Positions 15,055 through 30,952 of a stretch of 64,000 bases of DNA are shown piece by piece. Location: assembly GCF_009914755.1 (NCBI RefSeq), contig NC_060942.1. One strand, 5' to 3'. The notes below the pieces were generated by a model. That model did no database searches and was not told the origin of the DNA. It worked only from the letters and a program-made list of their open reading frames with translations. The first letter of the stretch is position 1. Each line of letters opens with the position of its first letter. This DNA is from the human T2T-CHM13v2.0 reference genome, Homo sapiens. The position numbers and the translations under genes are program-made.

Positions 15055-16446
15055 CAATTGCCAAGAGGTTTGTTGGAGAGCTCCTGTTCTGCCTCCTGGC
15101 CTTACTCACTGTAGCTGCTACTATGCTCTGCCCAGAGCTGGGCTCCTGATGGGGAATGCTGGCCCCATTGGCTAAACGGCTGCACCCTGCCCATCCGCCC
15201 TCTGGCCACACTCCCCTGTTGTGCAGTGGGGACCTGGCTCTTGTTTCCAGTCATTGCTACCTGCTGTGGGTGGCTTCCTCCCAGACTACACCTCCTGCTT
15301 CCCCTCAGAATTCAAACAGTCCAGGAAATCAGATGACATCCCTATCTATATGCTTTACTCTGGAGAAAGTTTGGATTACATGAAGACCATCTTCAAGGAA
15401 GTGCACTCCGGCTTTGCACATCATGATAAATAAGCGAGGACCTCTCCACTCCATTCTCTTCTCTGTCTGTCATCATTAGTGTACTTCATTAAGGCTGAAG
15501 TCCACAGCATTTTGGCTGAATTTAAGTCCAACTGAATATTTTTAAAACCGTAATTTTATATAGTAATTCAGACACTTTTCCATCAAGGAGTTAGTAGTCT
15601 ACCAAGAATTCAGTCCATGGTATGGTACAAATCTTTACCGTACTCAAACCAGTTTTAACAGTGAGAAAAGATAAGCTAAAAGCTCGTGCACAGATAAATA
15701 TGGGTGTGTGAGAATGAAAGAGAGGTACAGAAATGGACAAAGATGACTGGAGGTGACTGGCAAGGAAGACCAAGCAAGAGCCTGCACCTGCTGGAATGCA
15801 CTTATCAGAATCCTAATTACCATTAGAGGAAAAGAAAGACGAAAGATCAATGTAATGTTCCCTGAGCCAGGACTAAACCAGCCTAGAGGCACTAAGGAGT
15901 CACTGGTCCTAATCTGTGCAAAATCAGGAAGTGTTATTATGGTATTAACTGGTATAACAAGATTCACCTGAGCTCTAAAGATGTGCAAGTTATTCCATAA
16001 ATAAAAGACTCTGCAAGAATACTCAGCTGGTGCTTGGAGAATGAGCTTGAACTTTCTGCAGGATGTTACAGACCTTGGATCATCCTAGCCTGAAGATGTG
16101 TACATAATTTCTCAGTAACTCCTGGTGGCTTTGCCCAAACTCCATGAAGGCAGAATTGGCTGACACTGCTGAGGAGTGACACTTCATGGTACATAAAGGC
16201 CAGGGGAAGACGCTGGCACATCGTGTCTGGTCACTACAGGGAAGGTGGGACAGTTGTGAACATCTGACTGTGGATGTAATATCTGAATGATAATGTGTTA
16301 TCCATGTGATGGTAATTTTCTTTTATTTTGTTCTGGAATTTTGGCTCTCATGTATATATAACAGGTAAATGCTCTAATAATGATTTAATAAATGGTCTTC
16401 AAATTCCCTTAGGAAAGGTAAGGAGTAATTAATTAAAACAACAAAA
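15055..16446 (+). pseudogene. Possible old processed pseudogene, parent unidentified
   Basis: About 1.4 kb with no repeat I recognise: GC-richer 5' part, purine-rich coding-like middle with broken frames, T-rich 3' part, AATAAA 16387-16392 and an A-rich run at 16431-16446. Confidence 0.3.
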
Positions 16447-19385
16447 GTGAAGTGTAGTAAATGTAAATGGTCCAAGAGAATGAACCTTGCTGACTTCTCT
16501 CCTTGCACTAATTTATTTCTATTCCAAGTCTTAGGGTCATCAACAGGATTCCTGTTTTACCTGGTTCTTTTGGGAAACAAAAAGCATTTTATTTTTAGAG
16601 CTCAAGTGATATGGTAGGCATTGTTCAGATCAGATTCTAGCAACAGGCAAAACCACAGAAGTCACTCAAACCTGTGTCGGGAGGAAACAACACAGTGCAT
16701 AGAATGAGGAGGATGGGAATATTTTATAGTTTAAAATGAGTAAGGTTCATCAGCAAAAGTGGAAGAGTAGGTAGCTCCAAGGGCCTGTGCCTCCAGAAAC
16801 ATGGAAAACTGCAGCAAAAACTGTCAGTATTAATTTTGTCAAAACTCTGAAAACGGTCACTGATTTACAGCAACCAAACAATGAATAAATAAATTAAAAA
16901 AAAAAAAACTTAAAAATGGTAGAAGAGCTTTGCCATATTCTTACTTACCCTTGTCTCACCGCCCTCCTCAGCAAGGCAGCAGTCCTGAAGACTGCAGCCT
17001 GCATTCCAAGTGTGGATCTTGGTCCCTGGTTCTGGAAGGAGAAGAGCAAGTCTTATTCTCAAAGAATTGTGTTTGTCTGTTCTAACCTGTCTGTGGGCTA
17101 CCTGAAGGACTAATGCAAAGCTCTTGTCTTTGTTTCACCTAACTCAGAACTTATTCATTGTGAAGGAGCATCTATATGCAGGGAATTCCTGGAAAACATT
17201 GCTAGAAAAATGAACAATCCTCTACTGCCTGGGCCAAAAAATTACAATTAAGGTAAACAACTGATCACCAAAAGCTGGGAGGAAAAGTTGGGAGAGAGTT
17301 TTATTGGGAAATGAGGGCATTGAACTGTGTCCACTGTGAATTTAGACAGCCACCTGCATGTCCAGGACAGGATAAATGCTCACAAAAGATCTGAGAAGAC
17401 CTTATCTTTCAGCTCTGACTGGTCTTTAGACTTGGAACCAGCAGGAAGTGAAGGCTAAGGCAGTGTTGTAAATGACATGGCTAAGTATTGAAGGAGGATC
17501 CCAATGCAGAGCCCCATTGCAACGACTAGGAGAGTTTTTTTCCCCCACTTTTCTTTTCTATTTTTGGCTTCTGGTGTTCAAGGGAATCTCTGTCAAGACA
17601 CTAGTTGATTACAAGCTAAAGGAACAGAGACCTCAGAGATCACATATGACAAAGAATATAGGCTTTACAAAGATAGTTTAGAAAAGTCACTAAGCAAGTG
17701 AATAGATACAACCCATAGCAAGCAATGAAAATAAATCCTGAGTAGGGGGAAGAATCTGATTTCCAGAGTTAAAGATGCTGTTTTAAACAAAAAGGTACGA
17801 AGCACGTAAAGAAACAAGGAAGTATGGTTCATTTACAGAAGAAATTAACACAAACTTTTGCTGAGGAAGCACAGACATTGAACTTACTAGACAAAGACTA
17901 TAAATCAAAAGTCTTAAATATGCGCAAAGAGCTAAAGCAAACCAAAAGAATGATGTGTGAACAAATAGAAAATATCAAGGAAGAGATAGAAATCATCATA
18001 GGAACCAAGCAGAAATTCTGGAACTGAAAAATGTATTGACATTGTTAAGATGGCAATAATCCCCTAACTCTTCTACAGATTCAATGCAATTTCTATCAAA
18101 ACCTCAGCTGGCTTATTTGTGAAAATTGACAAGCGGATTCTAACATTTATATGGAATTACAAGGGGTCCTGAGTAGCCAAAACAATCTTGAAAAGGAAGA
18201 ATAAAATTGAAGGACTAACACTTACTGATTTTAAAACTTACTACAAAGTTTTAAAATAGTGATCAAAATAGTGTGGTACTGTCAGAAGTATAGACATATA
18301 GATCAGTGGAATATAGACTTCAGAAATAAACACATACATTTCTGGTCAGTTGGTGTGCAACAAGGGTGCTAAGACCATTCAGTGTGGGAAATAATAATCT
18401 CTTCAACGATGGTGCTGGGACAACTGAATATTTACATGCAAATGAATAAAGTTGGATCTTATCTGATACTACACAAAAATTAATTAAAAATGGATCAATG
18501 ACCTAAATATAAGCAGTAAAACTATAAAATTCTTAGAAAAAAAATAGGAATGACTATTAATGACCTTGGATTTAGCAATGGATGCTTAGATATAACAACA
18601 AAAGCAAAAGTAATGAAAGAAAAATAGATAAATTATACTTTATCAAAATTAAAATTTTTGTGCATCAAAAGACATATCAAGAAAGTGAAAAGACAACCTA
18701 GAGAATGGGAGAAAATATTTGCAAATCATATATTTGATAAAAGGCTTATATCCCAAATAAAGAACAACTCAAAAAACCCCCCAACTAATCCAATTATAAA
18801 TGAGCAAAGGACATGAATACACATTTCTCCAAAGAAAATATACAAATGGCCAATAAGCCCATGTAAATACACACAAAATTATTAGTTATCAGGAAAATGC
18901 AAGTTAAAACCACTTTGTACTCACTAGGATGAGCATAATAAGATGTACAGATAATAACAAGTGTGGACAAGGATGTGAAGAAGTTGGAATGCGCATACAC
19001 TGCTGGTGGGAATGTAAATTGATGCAGTCCTTTTGGATAACACTTTGGCAGTTCCTTTAAAAGTTAAATAGTTATCATATGACCCAACAATTCTACTCCT
19101 AAGTAAATACCCGAAGTAACTGAAAATATATGTCTACACAAAAACTTGTACATGAATGTTCATAGTGGCATTATTCATAATAGCCAAACAGTGGAAACAA
19201 CCCAAATGTCCATCAACTGAAGAAAGGTTAAGCAAAATATGGCCTATGAATACAATGGAGTAACATCGGAATTATGTTCTGATGTGGATGAACCTCGAAA
19301 ATATAATTCTACATGTATGTTCATTGCAGCAGTATTCACAATAGCAAATAAATGGAATCAACCTAAATGTCCACCATCATGCATT

Positions 19386-19962
<577 letters not shown>

Positions 19963-22114
19963 CAGAAATGTCCAGAATAGGCAAATCTATAGAGACAGAA
20001 AGTCAATTAGTGGTTTCCTTTGGTTGAGGGACTGGGGCTAGGGCTGGGTGAGGGACATAAGGGAGTGACGGCTAAATGGTACAGGGTTTCTTTTTGGTGT
20101 GATAAAAATGTTCTGAAATGGATTGTACTGATGGTTGTACAACTCTGTGAACATACTAACTACTGCTGACTTGTACTCTTAAATGGGCAAATTGTATGGT
20201 ATGTTAATGCTATCTCAATAAAGTGGTTAAAAATGAGTAAGGAGAGCCCATGTGTAAGATTCTGAGTGTTGAAGGAGGGAAGCTGCAGCTGTGTTTGTAC
20301 CTCCTGGAGTGCTCCTAGGACCACAGCTGAGGGCTGTGTAGGGAGATAAGGAGGGGGCCTGGCCTGGACACTGCAGAGGCTGAAGCGAGTAGGCACTTGA
20401 TACTTGAATGGACAAATTCTGAAGTTCCTGGCTCTTTGTTAATGCCCAGTCAGTGAGGGGGAAGAGAAGAAAAGAGTTAGGCTTAAGTCTTAGGATTTGG
20501 AGCTCAGAAGGGCTTTTGGCAGTGGCCCAAAGGGATTTTGAATTAAGGCTTTAATAGAACCAGCCATACTGTATATTCACACATCTCTTCACCCCTCACT
20601 GAGCATTACACCTGAGGTCTCATTTGGGGTCTTAGTCTGTGAGACTGAGGGGCTGAGAGCAGGAGGATCTCATTTGGCATTTCAGCATGGAAATCTGGCA
20701 CAAGGAAATCAGTTGCCCCTAAGAATTCTCATCTCCCATTGTGGCATATGGCATTTAAGTTAAATGAAAAGATTTCTCCAGCAGCAAAGCTCACAAAACA
20801 CTGGGCTGAATCACCTCTGGGAAGACGTGGGACCTTTTATGTAGGAAGATACTTGGGAATTAGATGTAACCCAATATGAGACTGGGGCGTGGATCATTCA
20901 ACCTTGGAAAGCCCCACAGTCAGGGGATAGGTTGTGATTTAGCCTGTTGAAGGATCAAGATCAGGTATGATCTAATGTGTTGAATAGAGTCAAATGGGTC
21001 ATTTCACCCAAATTTTAAACTGGCTATTGCCGGCCAGTAATTTATTGTGTGATGCTGGGCAAGACACTTGCCTCTACAAATCGGCTATAAAATTGTAAAG
21101 TAAGGACTGGCTTTGAAGGAAATCACTGAGCTGTTTTCTGCTTTCTCTGTTGCTGCTATACTTCAATTTCAACTGTGCTTGTGTCCCAAGTGCCAATATT
21201 GCCTCAATCTGGTTCCAACTCCTGTTCCTTAGTAACTTGGCTGGCAGAGAAGCTTCAGAAAGAGAATGGCATAGGTGAAACCATTCTGGTAAATTCCTGC
21301 TAAGATATATATGACTAAGAGTTATTTAATATGTGGGATACAGAGAGGAAGTCAGTTACCTTATGGAACAATTTAATGAGCTCATTGCAGTAGCTTTTAT
21401 TTTGTTTTAGGTGGGCAGATGTTCTGGATGCTTCTTAATTGACATCACTTGAGGTCAGTGCATTTCAAACTTTAATGTACACATGAGTCACCTGGGGACC
21501 TAGTTAAACTTGATTCTGATTCAGTAAGTCTGGGGTGGGGCCTGGGACTCTACATTTCTAACAAGCTCCCATGGGTGCTAACTCTGTCTGCTGCTAGGGG
21601 ACTGTCCTTAGAGCAGAGGCCCGGGTGACCATCAACCCACCTTCAGTGATACTGATGCACTCAGGAAGGAATGAGTTGCTTTTCTCTTTCTTGAAGCCCT
21701 TTGACACTCTGCACATGTATCCATTGGAGCACTTTGTGTTGTAATGATTTGTGCGGGGCCCATCTTCTCTATGAGGCTGAAGGCTCTTATACACAGTAGC
21801 TGCATCTTATTTATCTCCATTTGCTCTTGACTTCCACCTCTCCTCACTTTAACACTGTGGTTGGCACAAAAAAGGCACTTAATGTATGATGAGGAACAGG
21901 CCCAGACAGGCCTGATGGTGATCGGGTGAGCTCATAAATGATGTGGGCTGTTACGTGGCATCTCTGTTCCTGCGTGGCCAGATGGCATAAACCAGTGATT
22001 TCCAACCCTGACTACAGATCAGGGGAATTTAAAAAAATACTGATCCCAGGCCCACTCCAGTGTTCTGATTTAATTGAACTGTTTTGAAGCCCAAGTATGA
22101 ATGACTTTAATAGC

Positions 22115-23105
22115 CCTCCAGGCTCTTACAGCTCAAAAATAAAAAGACAACCCAATTAAAAATAGGCAAAATATTTGAATGGATATTTTCCCAAGGAAGA
22201 TTTACAAGTGGCCCATAAGTACAGAAAAAGATATTAAATATCATTAAGGAAATGCAAATCAAAGCTGAGAGATACACTTCACACCTAATAGGACGGTGTG
22301 GGAGAATTTCAAACTTTCCCTCTGAAGATTTGAGTCTAAGGCTGTTGAAGTGAATTGACAGTAGATGGATTAACAGGAAAAAAGGCATACAAATTTGCTT
22401 GATGTGCCTAAGCATGGGGGAATCACAGGAGAATAATTACCCAAAAACCCACTGAGGTCCAGATGCTTTCATACTCTTTTACATAGGGTAAGGGGAGACA
22501 GGGGGCGTAGGGGTAAATGATTTAGGAGAGATGAATGGACCTTGGAGACAGAAATTAGCTTGGGAAGGATTCTGTTTGTAAATTGAAGGTACTGGAGAAC
22601 AAACAATAGTTTAGAGCAAAGTTGGTCTGGACTGTAGGTGTGGTGTTTAATTATCAGTCTCTTCCTCTGTGACATGAATTTTAATCTTCTCCGGTTAATG
22701 TAATTTTAGTGAAAGGATCAAAGGCAATTGTGTTTCTCTTTAGCAGGCCCAGTTTCTAGGTAGTTCAGGAAATTTCAGAGAATAGCCTCATCCTGTGCTT
22801 TGGGAAAGACAGGAGAGGTGGGGGAAGGTCAGAGAGACATTAAGCCAGCTTCTTAATTTGTATGTCAAAGTGCCACATTTTGTAGTATATTTTGTGCCCC
22901 CACAATGGATATATTAAAAAAAAGAAAAGAAAAGAAGTGTTGGTGAGGACGTGGAGAACTCAGAACCCTCATACACTGTTGATGGGGATGTAAAATGGTG
23001 CAGATGCTTTGGAAAACAGGTTGGCATTTCCAAAAATGTTAAATGTGGAGTTTTTATATGACCCAGCAATTTCATTCCTAGGTATACACCCAAGATAACT
23101 GAATT
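22115..23105 (+). mobile_element. L1M fragment split by an LTR
   Basis: acaacccaattaaaaataggcaaa...gacccagcaatttcattcctaggtatacacccaaga. Confidence 0.85.
22297..22904 (-). mobile_element. ERV1 solo LTR (MER34/MER4 group)
   Basis: TG...CA ends, 4-bp TSD acgg/atgg, aaaggcatacaaattt motif. Confidence 0.8.
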
Positions 23106-23326
23106 TCATCTTAAAAAATAAAACGTAAAATGCTTCCCAGGGGAATCTGATTTGCAGCCAAATTTGAGAAGCTCTGATGTAAAGTAACCTGGGGTAAATG
23201 TTCAAACACTTGCTGTCAAGAGGATGCTGCTGCTGACCAGAAGTTCTCGACTTCAAATGCACATTGGAATGAACTGAGGGACTTCTAAAAAATGCCATTG
23301 CCTGGGTGTCCCCAAAATGAGCCTGA

Positions 23327-23884
<558 letters not shown>

Positions 23885-24177
23885 TGAGAAGCACTACTTT
23901 AGGGAAGGCCTCTCGGAATGGAATGTGCATGCAAATCACCTGGGGACCTTGCTAAACGGGAGCTTCTGATTCTGCATTTCTAACCAGCTCCCAGATGATG
24001 CCAGGGATGCTGGTCTGCAGACTGCAGCTTGTGTAGCAAGGCTACATAGCCGTGGTTCTCAAAGTGTGAGTCCTCAACGGGCATCAGTATCACTTGGGAA
24101 CTTGTTAGAAATGCAGATTATCAGGCCGCATCTCAGACTTACTGAATCAGGAACTCTGGGGGTGGAGCTCAACAATG

Positions 24178-24470
24178 TTTTTTTAAAAAGCATGATTGTA
24201 TACATTCATGATACATAACATGTATATATACATTGTGAAATGACCACAATCAAGCTATTTAATATGTTCATCATCTCGCATAGTTATCTTTTGTATGTGA
24301 AAAGAACACTTAAAATCTACTCTTAGCAACTTTCAAGTATACGATACATGATTATTAAGATTATTAACTGTAGTCACCGTGCTGTGCAATAGACATCCAG
24401 AAATTAGTCATCCTGTCTAACTGAAACTCTGTACTCTTTGACCAACGTCACCCATTGCCTCCGCCTCCCC
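24178..24470 (-). mobile_element. L1MA 3' end
   Basis: gaacacttaaaatctactcttagcaactttcaagtat. Confidence 0.85.
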
Positions 24471-26228
24471 AAGCAGTCTGTTTTAGCAGGCTCTCCAGGT
24501 GATGCCGATGCACACTGGAACTTGAGAACCACTGTGGAGGGCTATCAAGTGCTTCTAGTCCCTCCCAGATGCTTCCCAACCCTGGAGCAGCACCTCAGTA
24601 GAGCAGCGGAAGACCGCCTGTGGCCTCTGGGAATTGCTGATACCGAGCAGAGACAGTCCCTGACCAGAGACGTTTAGGAATGTGATGGTGGGTGCTGCTA
24701 AGGATGAGAGAGTTATTCAGCCCGGGTGGCACAGGGAAGGGCCAGCTTAGCAATGGGCCACTGGGCATTAACGGGAGTGGGGGGCACATTTGTGGCAGGA
24801 GTGGATTTGTGAGCCAGGGCCTCCAGTCTTCCTGCATTCCCTCTACAGCTCAGGGCACCTGCCATCCTGGCTGCCCTCAGGTCCCTTGGAAAAGCTGCCC
24901 AGGAACCTTGGTAAGTGTTAGGAACGTCATGTGTTACTTCTTTCAGGGTCATTTGCATTTAAAAAGCGGCATTCTGGAGAAAGCACTGTTTCTAAAGTGG
25001 AATTTTAAGCTTTGAGGCTCCTCGGTAGGAAGCTGCCTGGTCTTCAAATCCCACCTCCCATATGGATGCAGCTCTGCCTACAGCTTTTCCTGGTGATGGA
25101 GGGCAGGCCCCCCTCTGGGTGCAGGCGGCTGGAGGAGCAGGGGAAGCAGGAGCTAAGGAATTCCCCATCGCTTGGCTGCCTCTTGGAATCTCTCACAGCC
25201 CCATCCCCTGTGGGAGAGAGGCAGCAATTAGCATAACTGGAACAGACTCTCTTTGTCTACATCCCAGACTGTGGGATTCAGGCCTCCCCCAGAGACATGC
25301 TAATTATGTGGAAGGGACCCTGGGTGCCTGTTGGCACCGATGCTGGCTCCTAATGCTGCTACTTTCCGATCAGAAACCAGGTGTAGGTGGAGCCCTGGCC
25401 CAGGCTTGTGCATTGATGAATGCTCTCCTCATCCAGGAAACCTGCTGCATGGGCCGCTCGAGCTCTTTCAAATATCTTTCTCCTGCAAATTTCTACAGCT
25501 CCTTGTGGTCAGAACAACTTGCTAGCTCTTGGCATTATCTTTTATTGTCTCATCCGGGATTGGTTTTGCTTCCCCTCTAAATTGCAGTTCCTTTACAGGG
25601 GACCTTGTTTTATATTTAATAAATCAATCAACCAACCAATGAATATCTATTAAAGAAACTATTTGCCAGGCACAGTGCCAAGCCTGGAGATACAAAGATT
25701 AATAAGGCCCCACCTGGAATGAGGCGTGTGCAGCCCAGCGGGGGTGCAGAGGTTACAGCTGAGTGAGCTGCTGTGTATTCCAGTGAATAGAGGGAGGTAC
25801 TGAATGCTCTGGGGTTTCTGAGAAGAGAGCACTGTAATGTGCCCGGGAAGGGCAGGCAGGTGGGGAGGAGCTGAGGAAGGCTTCCTGGAGGAGGTGACAT
25901 CTGAACATTATTAAGGATGAGTAGGGGTTTATCACACAGCTGTTTCAGACAGGGAAAGGCATGTACAAAATCACATGAGCGGGAAGGGTTTGAGGCTTTC
26001 TTGGAACGACAGGTAGCTAAGGTCATTCAGCTATGGCTAGACGATGGAGCATAGCTGGGCCATGGAGAGGCAGAGAGGCAAAGTGGAGACCCCGAGGTTG
26101 GGTGGGTCCTAAAAGGCTCTGTCTTCCAAGCTAAAGAGTTTAGGAGCTGACTTGAGGGCACTGGGCAACCAGTGAGGAATTTTAATGAGAGGGTCATGTG
26201 GTTAGAATTATGTTTTAGAAAGAGAATG

Positions 26229-26968
<740 letters not shown>

Positions 26969-27394
26969 GAGTGGCTGCAGTGTGGAGAACAGACTATTGG
27001 GGTGTCTGGAAATGCGGAGACTAGGAAGGTATCAGAACTGCTGAGGAGTGAGACCAAGGCAGGGACAGTGGGGAGAGAAAGGAAGCTGTGAGGAAGAGGG
27101 GGTTTGGGGATGATTCCAGCTCAATACCTGGGGTTGGAGCCAGGGTACATGGTGGTGCCATGGGAATGGAGACCGAGGAGACATAGAAAGCACAGTCATG
27201 GTGGAGGAAGGGAAGCTCTCTTCCTGACAGGTTTTCCCCTGGGAAAGATATCCACAGAGTGGCAGCCACCCCTCTGCTTTCTGTGTCTGTGGATTGGCTT
27301 GGTGGAGCTAACTCCTGGGAAGTTAGCTCCCAGGAGTTAGTCCAGACATATGGGTCTGGACTGAAGGAGAGACCTTGATGTTGGAGGTGGTGAA

Positions 27395-27640
27395 ACCTGG
27401 TGCCTTAGAGAAGATGTTTTGGAGACCGAGCTGAATTTGAATCCTGGCTTTGCCTCTTCCTAATTATACACATTCGAAGAAGACATAACATACGCTCTGT
27501 CTGTGTGTTGTTTGCCTTGTTTGTTAAAAAGGAGTCTAAGTACTATCTTGTAAGATTATGGGAAGACTAAACAAGATAACGTACATGAAGTGTTTAGCAC
27601 AATGCCTGGGACATGATAGGCACTCAGGAAACTGTTTTAA
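27395..27640 (-). mobile_element. MIR
   Basis: tttgaatcctggctttgcc...gtgtttagcacaatgcctgggacatgataggcactca. Confidence 0.8.
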
Positions 27641-30079
27641 TCAATGGGGGTTGGGGGGGGTGGGTGGTAGTTGAAGCTGGATGCGAATACAATGACCCTG
27701 GGGAAATAGAGTAGCATGAAAAAAGAAGAGAACCAAAAAGAGAACCACCAAGGAGTTAGCAGCCAGGGAGGCAGGCGGGGTAGGGAGAGGGAGGCCAAGA
27801 AAGGAGGAGAGAGTAACCAAGAGACCCAGATACATTAGGGGGCTTCTAAGATGCAGGTGAGCTGTCTGGATCATCAATGATGAGGTGACTGGTGATTATA
27901 GAACAATTTCAATGGAGTGGGGAATGAGTGTGGATAATACTTTCAAAAAACCCTGCTATGAAGGATAGGAGATAATAAAATGAAGAAAAAAGGGACAGGT
28001 GTAGGGAAGGCTTCTGTTTTAAGGCAGATTTTGTACATGTCTCTGTCCTTTCACTTTCCACATTTTACTGAAATTGGCTGTAGGTGGATGTCTGCCCTGC
28101 AGCTACCCCTCAGCACCCCTGCTCACTGCTCCCCAGCCTCCCCTTGGCACCCCTGCTCACCTCAGTCTGGGCTGCACACTGTTGTCTTAGCCCCGCAGTC
28201 CTCTGAAGAGCTTTAGCAAAGCACCCACATGGTTAGCTGGGGTTGCTGGTTGTATATGCATCTTCCCCCACGAGACTGTGGGGAGCATAGGGACTAGGCC
28301 TTCTGTGACTTCAGCCGCCTGCACCTATCCCAGGGCCTGGCACAAAATACGTGCTCAATAGATGTCTCTTGAACCAGCTTGTGTGAGCAAGGTGTTGGAT
28401 AAAGGCTCCTGCTGCCAGTCACTGCCTACCTGGGGTGAACTGTGAGTGTCCTGGGGTTGGAGGTGAAGGACATATGGTGACTCTGGTGTAACCGAGAAAA
28501 ATGGTGCAAGAGCAAAGGGATCTGAGGTTGCTCTGATCATTGACCTAAGGCCAATGTCTTGTGAATAGATGCTTAAGTGCGAGCTCAAGCACATTCCCCT
28601 CAGGTACATAGACCCAGAATAGCTTACTTATTTGTTCCCATAACTGGTGTTGTGGGTGGCAAGGGTGTGCTGAGTCTTGTCCTTACCGGGCCATGAAGAA
28701 TCTTAAAAGGGAAGCAGAAGTTACCAGTGTTGATTTCACAAATAGGTGCTAACCACTCACAAATAATATTTCCCTCCTCACTGATGCCTAGAATTTTCCT
28801 GGTCTCTGTAAGTGTGAGTTGCAGGGGCGGGGACACATCTTAAGTGCTGTAATAATCTCAGTCTCCTCATCTGGAAAATCAAGGTGTCATTCCAGCTTTC
28901 GGTGGCTCTGATTCTGCTTTCAGGTCCGTTCTTGAGAGTGGGTTTTCATCAGAAGGGCCTGGAAGAATGTTAAGCAACTGAGAGGGAAGGAGGGATTCTT
29001 TGGAGGGCAAAGGGCTCTGCCTCCCTCCCTGCCCCCAGGCCACTTGCCATCCCATTGAGGAGTGAGGATGACCACAGCAAGTCTTAGGTGATTAGAGGTT
29101 TAGGTAGAGCCATGTATATGTGCTCCAATGAGAAGTGGTTGTTTGGACTAGACCAGTTCAGACCTGCCCTGAAAGTAGCCCATAGGCCAATGAGGTGGGC
29201 TGAGAACTCTCTGGTTCTACCCTGTGCTGTAACCAACCTTTCAAGGTAATCTAGCACCAGAGCAGACCCAAAACTGCAGGGAGAAAAGGCAGCCTCCTGG
29301 GTGCCCTTCCTGGTGCATCCTTCTCTCTGTTCTACAGCAAAGCATTGAAGGAGCTTCTGCCTGCAATTGGCACCGTGAAGAGCTTAACCCACGAAGGCCT
29401 GGTTTTGAGTCTTGGTGGGTAGAGCAGAGATTCTGATAAAACTCTGTTCTCTCTTTTCTTTAGCCTTGAAGTTTCAGGCAGGAAAGAAGAGAAGATGATG
29501 CATCGCTGGGCTCTGCAAAGGGCCTGTTTTCTAAAGGCATTTGCCTCTCTGTCTGTGCCTAGCCTTGGGCTGGGCAAAGAGGGGTTGCCCCTAACATACT
29601 TGGTGATTGGCTGGATAAATTGTAAGCTGAAAAAACAAAGTGGTTTTCACGTTTCCTAAATTATATATATTGAAATTTGCCATTTCAATCTGACTCTGAA
29701 GGAAGCTCAGATTGGTTGTTTGAACAGGGAGCTCTGTGCTCTGGGTCCTTTTACTTTTGCAGTGGGATGTATTCCCAGACCACCTCCATCAGGCCGGCTG
29801 GAGAGCCTGGGGATCCCAGGGCAATGTTTTTCCCCACCTGGCTCAGATCAGGCAGGGAGAGCATGTTTTGTGACTTGCTCAGAGCTTGTTCCAGGAAGTG
29901 TTCTTATATCCTGAAATGGAAGAGACCTTTTCTGATACACTGTTGCCAAATGGGCTTGGAGAGCATGAAAGAATTACAGCATCTTCAGAGTCTGTTTATA
30001 ACTTCAGATGCAAAAACTACACTCTGTAAAGGGGAGGCCGTGCACTTTTTAGGAAAAAGCTGTGAATTAAGGAGTCAGG

Positions 30080-30358
30080 GGCTGGGTGCGGTGGCTCAAG
30101 CCTGTAATCCCAGCACTTTGGGAGGCCAAGACAGGTGGATCACAAGGTCAAGAGTTCAAGACCAGCCTGGCCAAGATGGTGAAACCCCATCTCTACTAAA
30201 AATACAAAAATTAGCCAGGCGTGGTGGTGGGTGCCTATAACCCCAGCTACTCGGGAGGCTGAGGCAGAGAATTGCTTGAAACTGGGAGGCAGAAGTTGCA
30301 GTGAGCCAAGATCGTGCCACTGCACTCCAGCCTGGGCAACAGAGTGAGACTCCATCTC

Positions 30359-30387
<29 letters not shown>
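30080..30387 (+). mobile_element. AluS
   Basis: Alu consensus, long A tail, inserted in a MIR. Confidence 0.95.
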
Positions 30388-30390
<3 letters not shown>

Positions 30391-30788
30391 TCAGAAGACC
30401 TGAGTGGTTCTGCTACTTGAGATCCATGCATGCTTCAGCTACCCCGGTCTCAGTTTTCTCATCTATGAAATGGGAACGATAATACTTTTCCTAGCTTGTT
30501 TTGAGGATCAAATGAAATAAAAATGTGGAAGGGCCTGAGGAGCTGGCACATGCTGTTCTGATGTAAGAGTTGACTCTTTTGATTACAGACCAGCTGGACT
30601 CTTCCTACCTGATATCTGCTAAAGCAGACCACACTGGCTTGCAAAGGGTGTGGGGTGTTTGTGGGTGTAGGGTGCTTTCTGCTCAATTTTGGGGCCCTCC
30701 AGCTTGGCAGCACCATCTGTTGCCTTGTGTCTCTTGCCCATTCTTCCCTGAGCTAGAGCCAGTTGGGGCTTCAAAGCTGGCAATGTGG

Positions 30789-30952
30789 GGCTGGGTGCAG
30801 TGGTTCATGCCTGTAATTCTAGTGCTTTGGGAGGCCAAGACAGGAAGATTGCCTGAGCCCAGGAATTCGAAGCTGCAGTGAACTATGACTGTGCCACTGC
30901 ACTCCAGCCCGAGTGAGAGCGGGACCTTGTCTCAAAGAAAAAAAAAAAAGAA
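30789..30952 (+). mobile_element. Alu monomer
   Basis: Single arm; TSD gctggcaatgt. Confidence 0.9.

Noticed and set aside
15221-16290. Short peptide resemblances to several known human proteins
   Set aside because: Matches were short, non-colinear and unsupported at DNA level, so no parent gene is named.
17824-18027. Coiled-coil-like ORF as a host gene
   Set aside because: It is an L1 ORF1 remnant.
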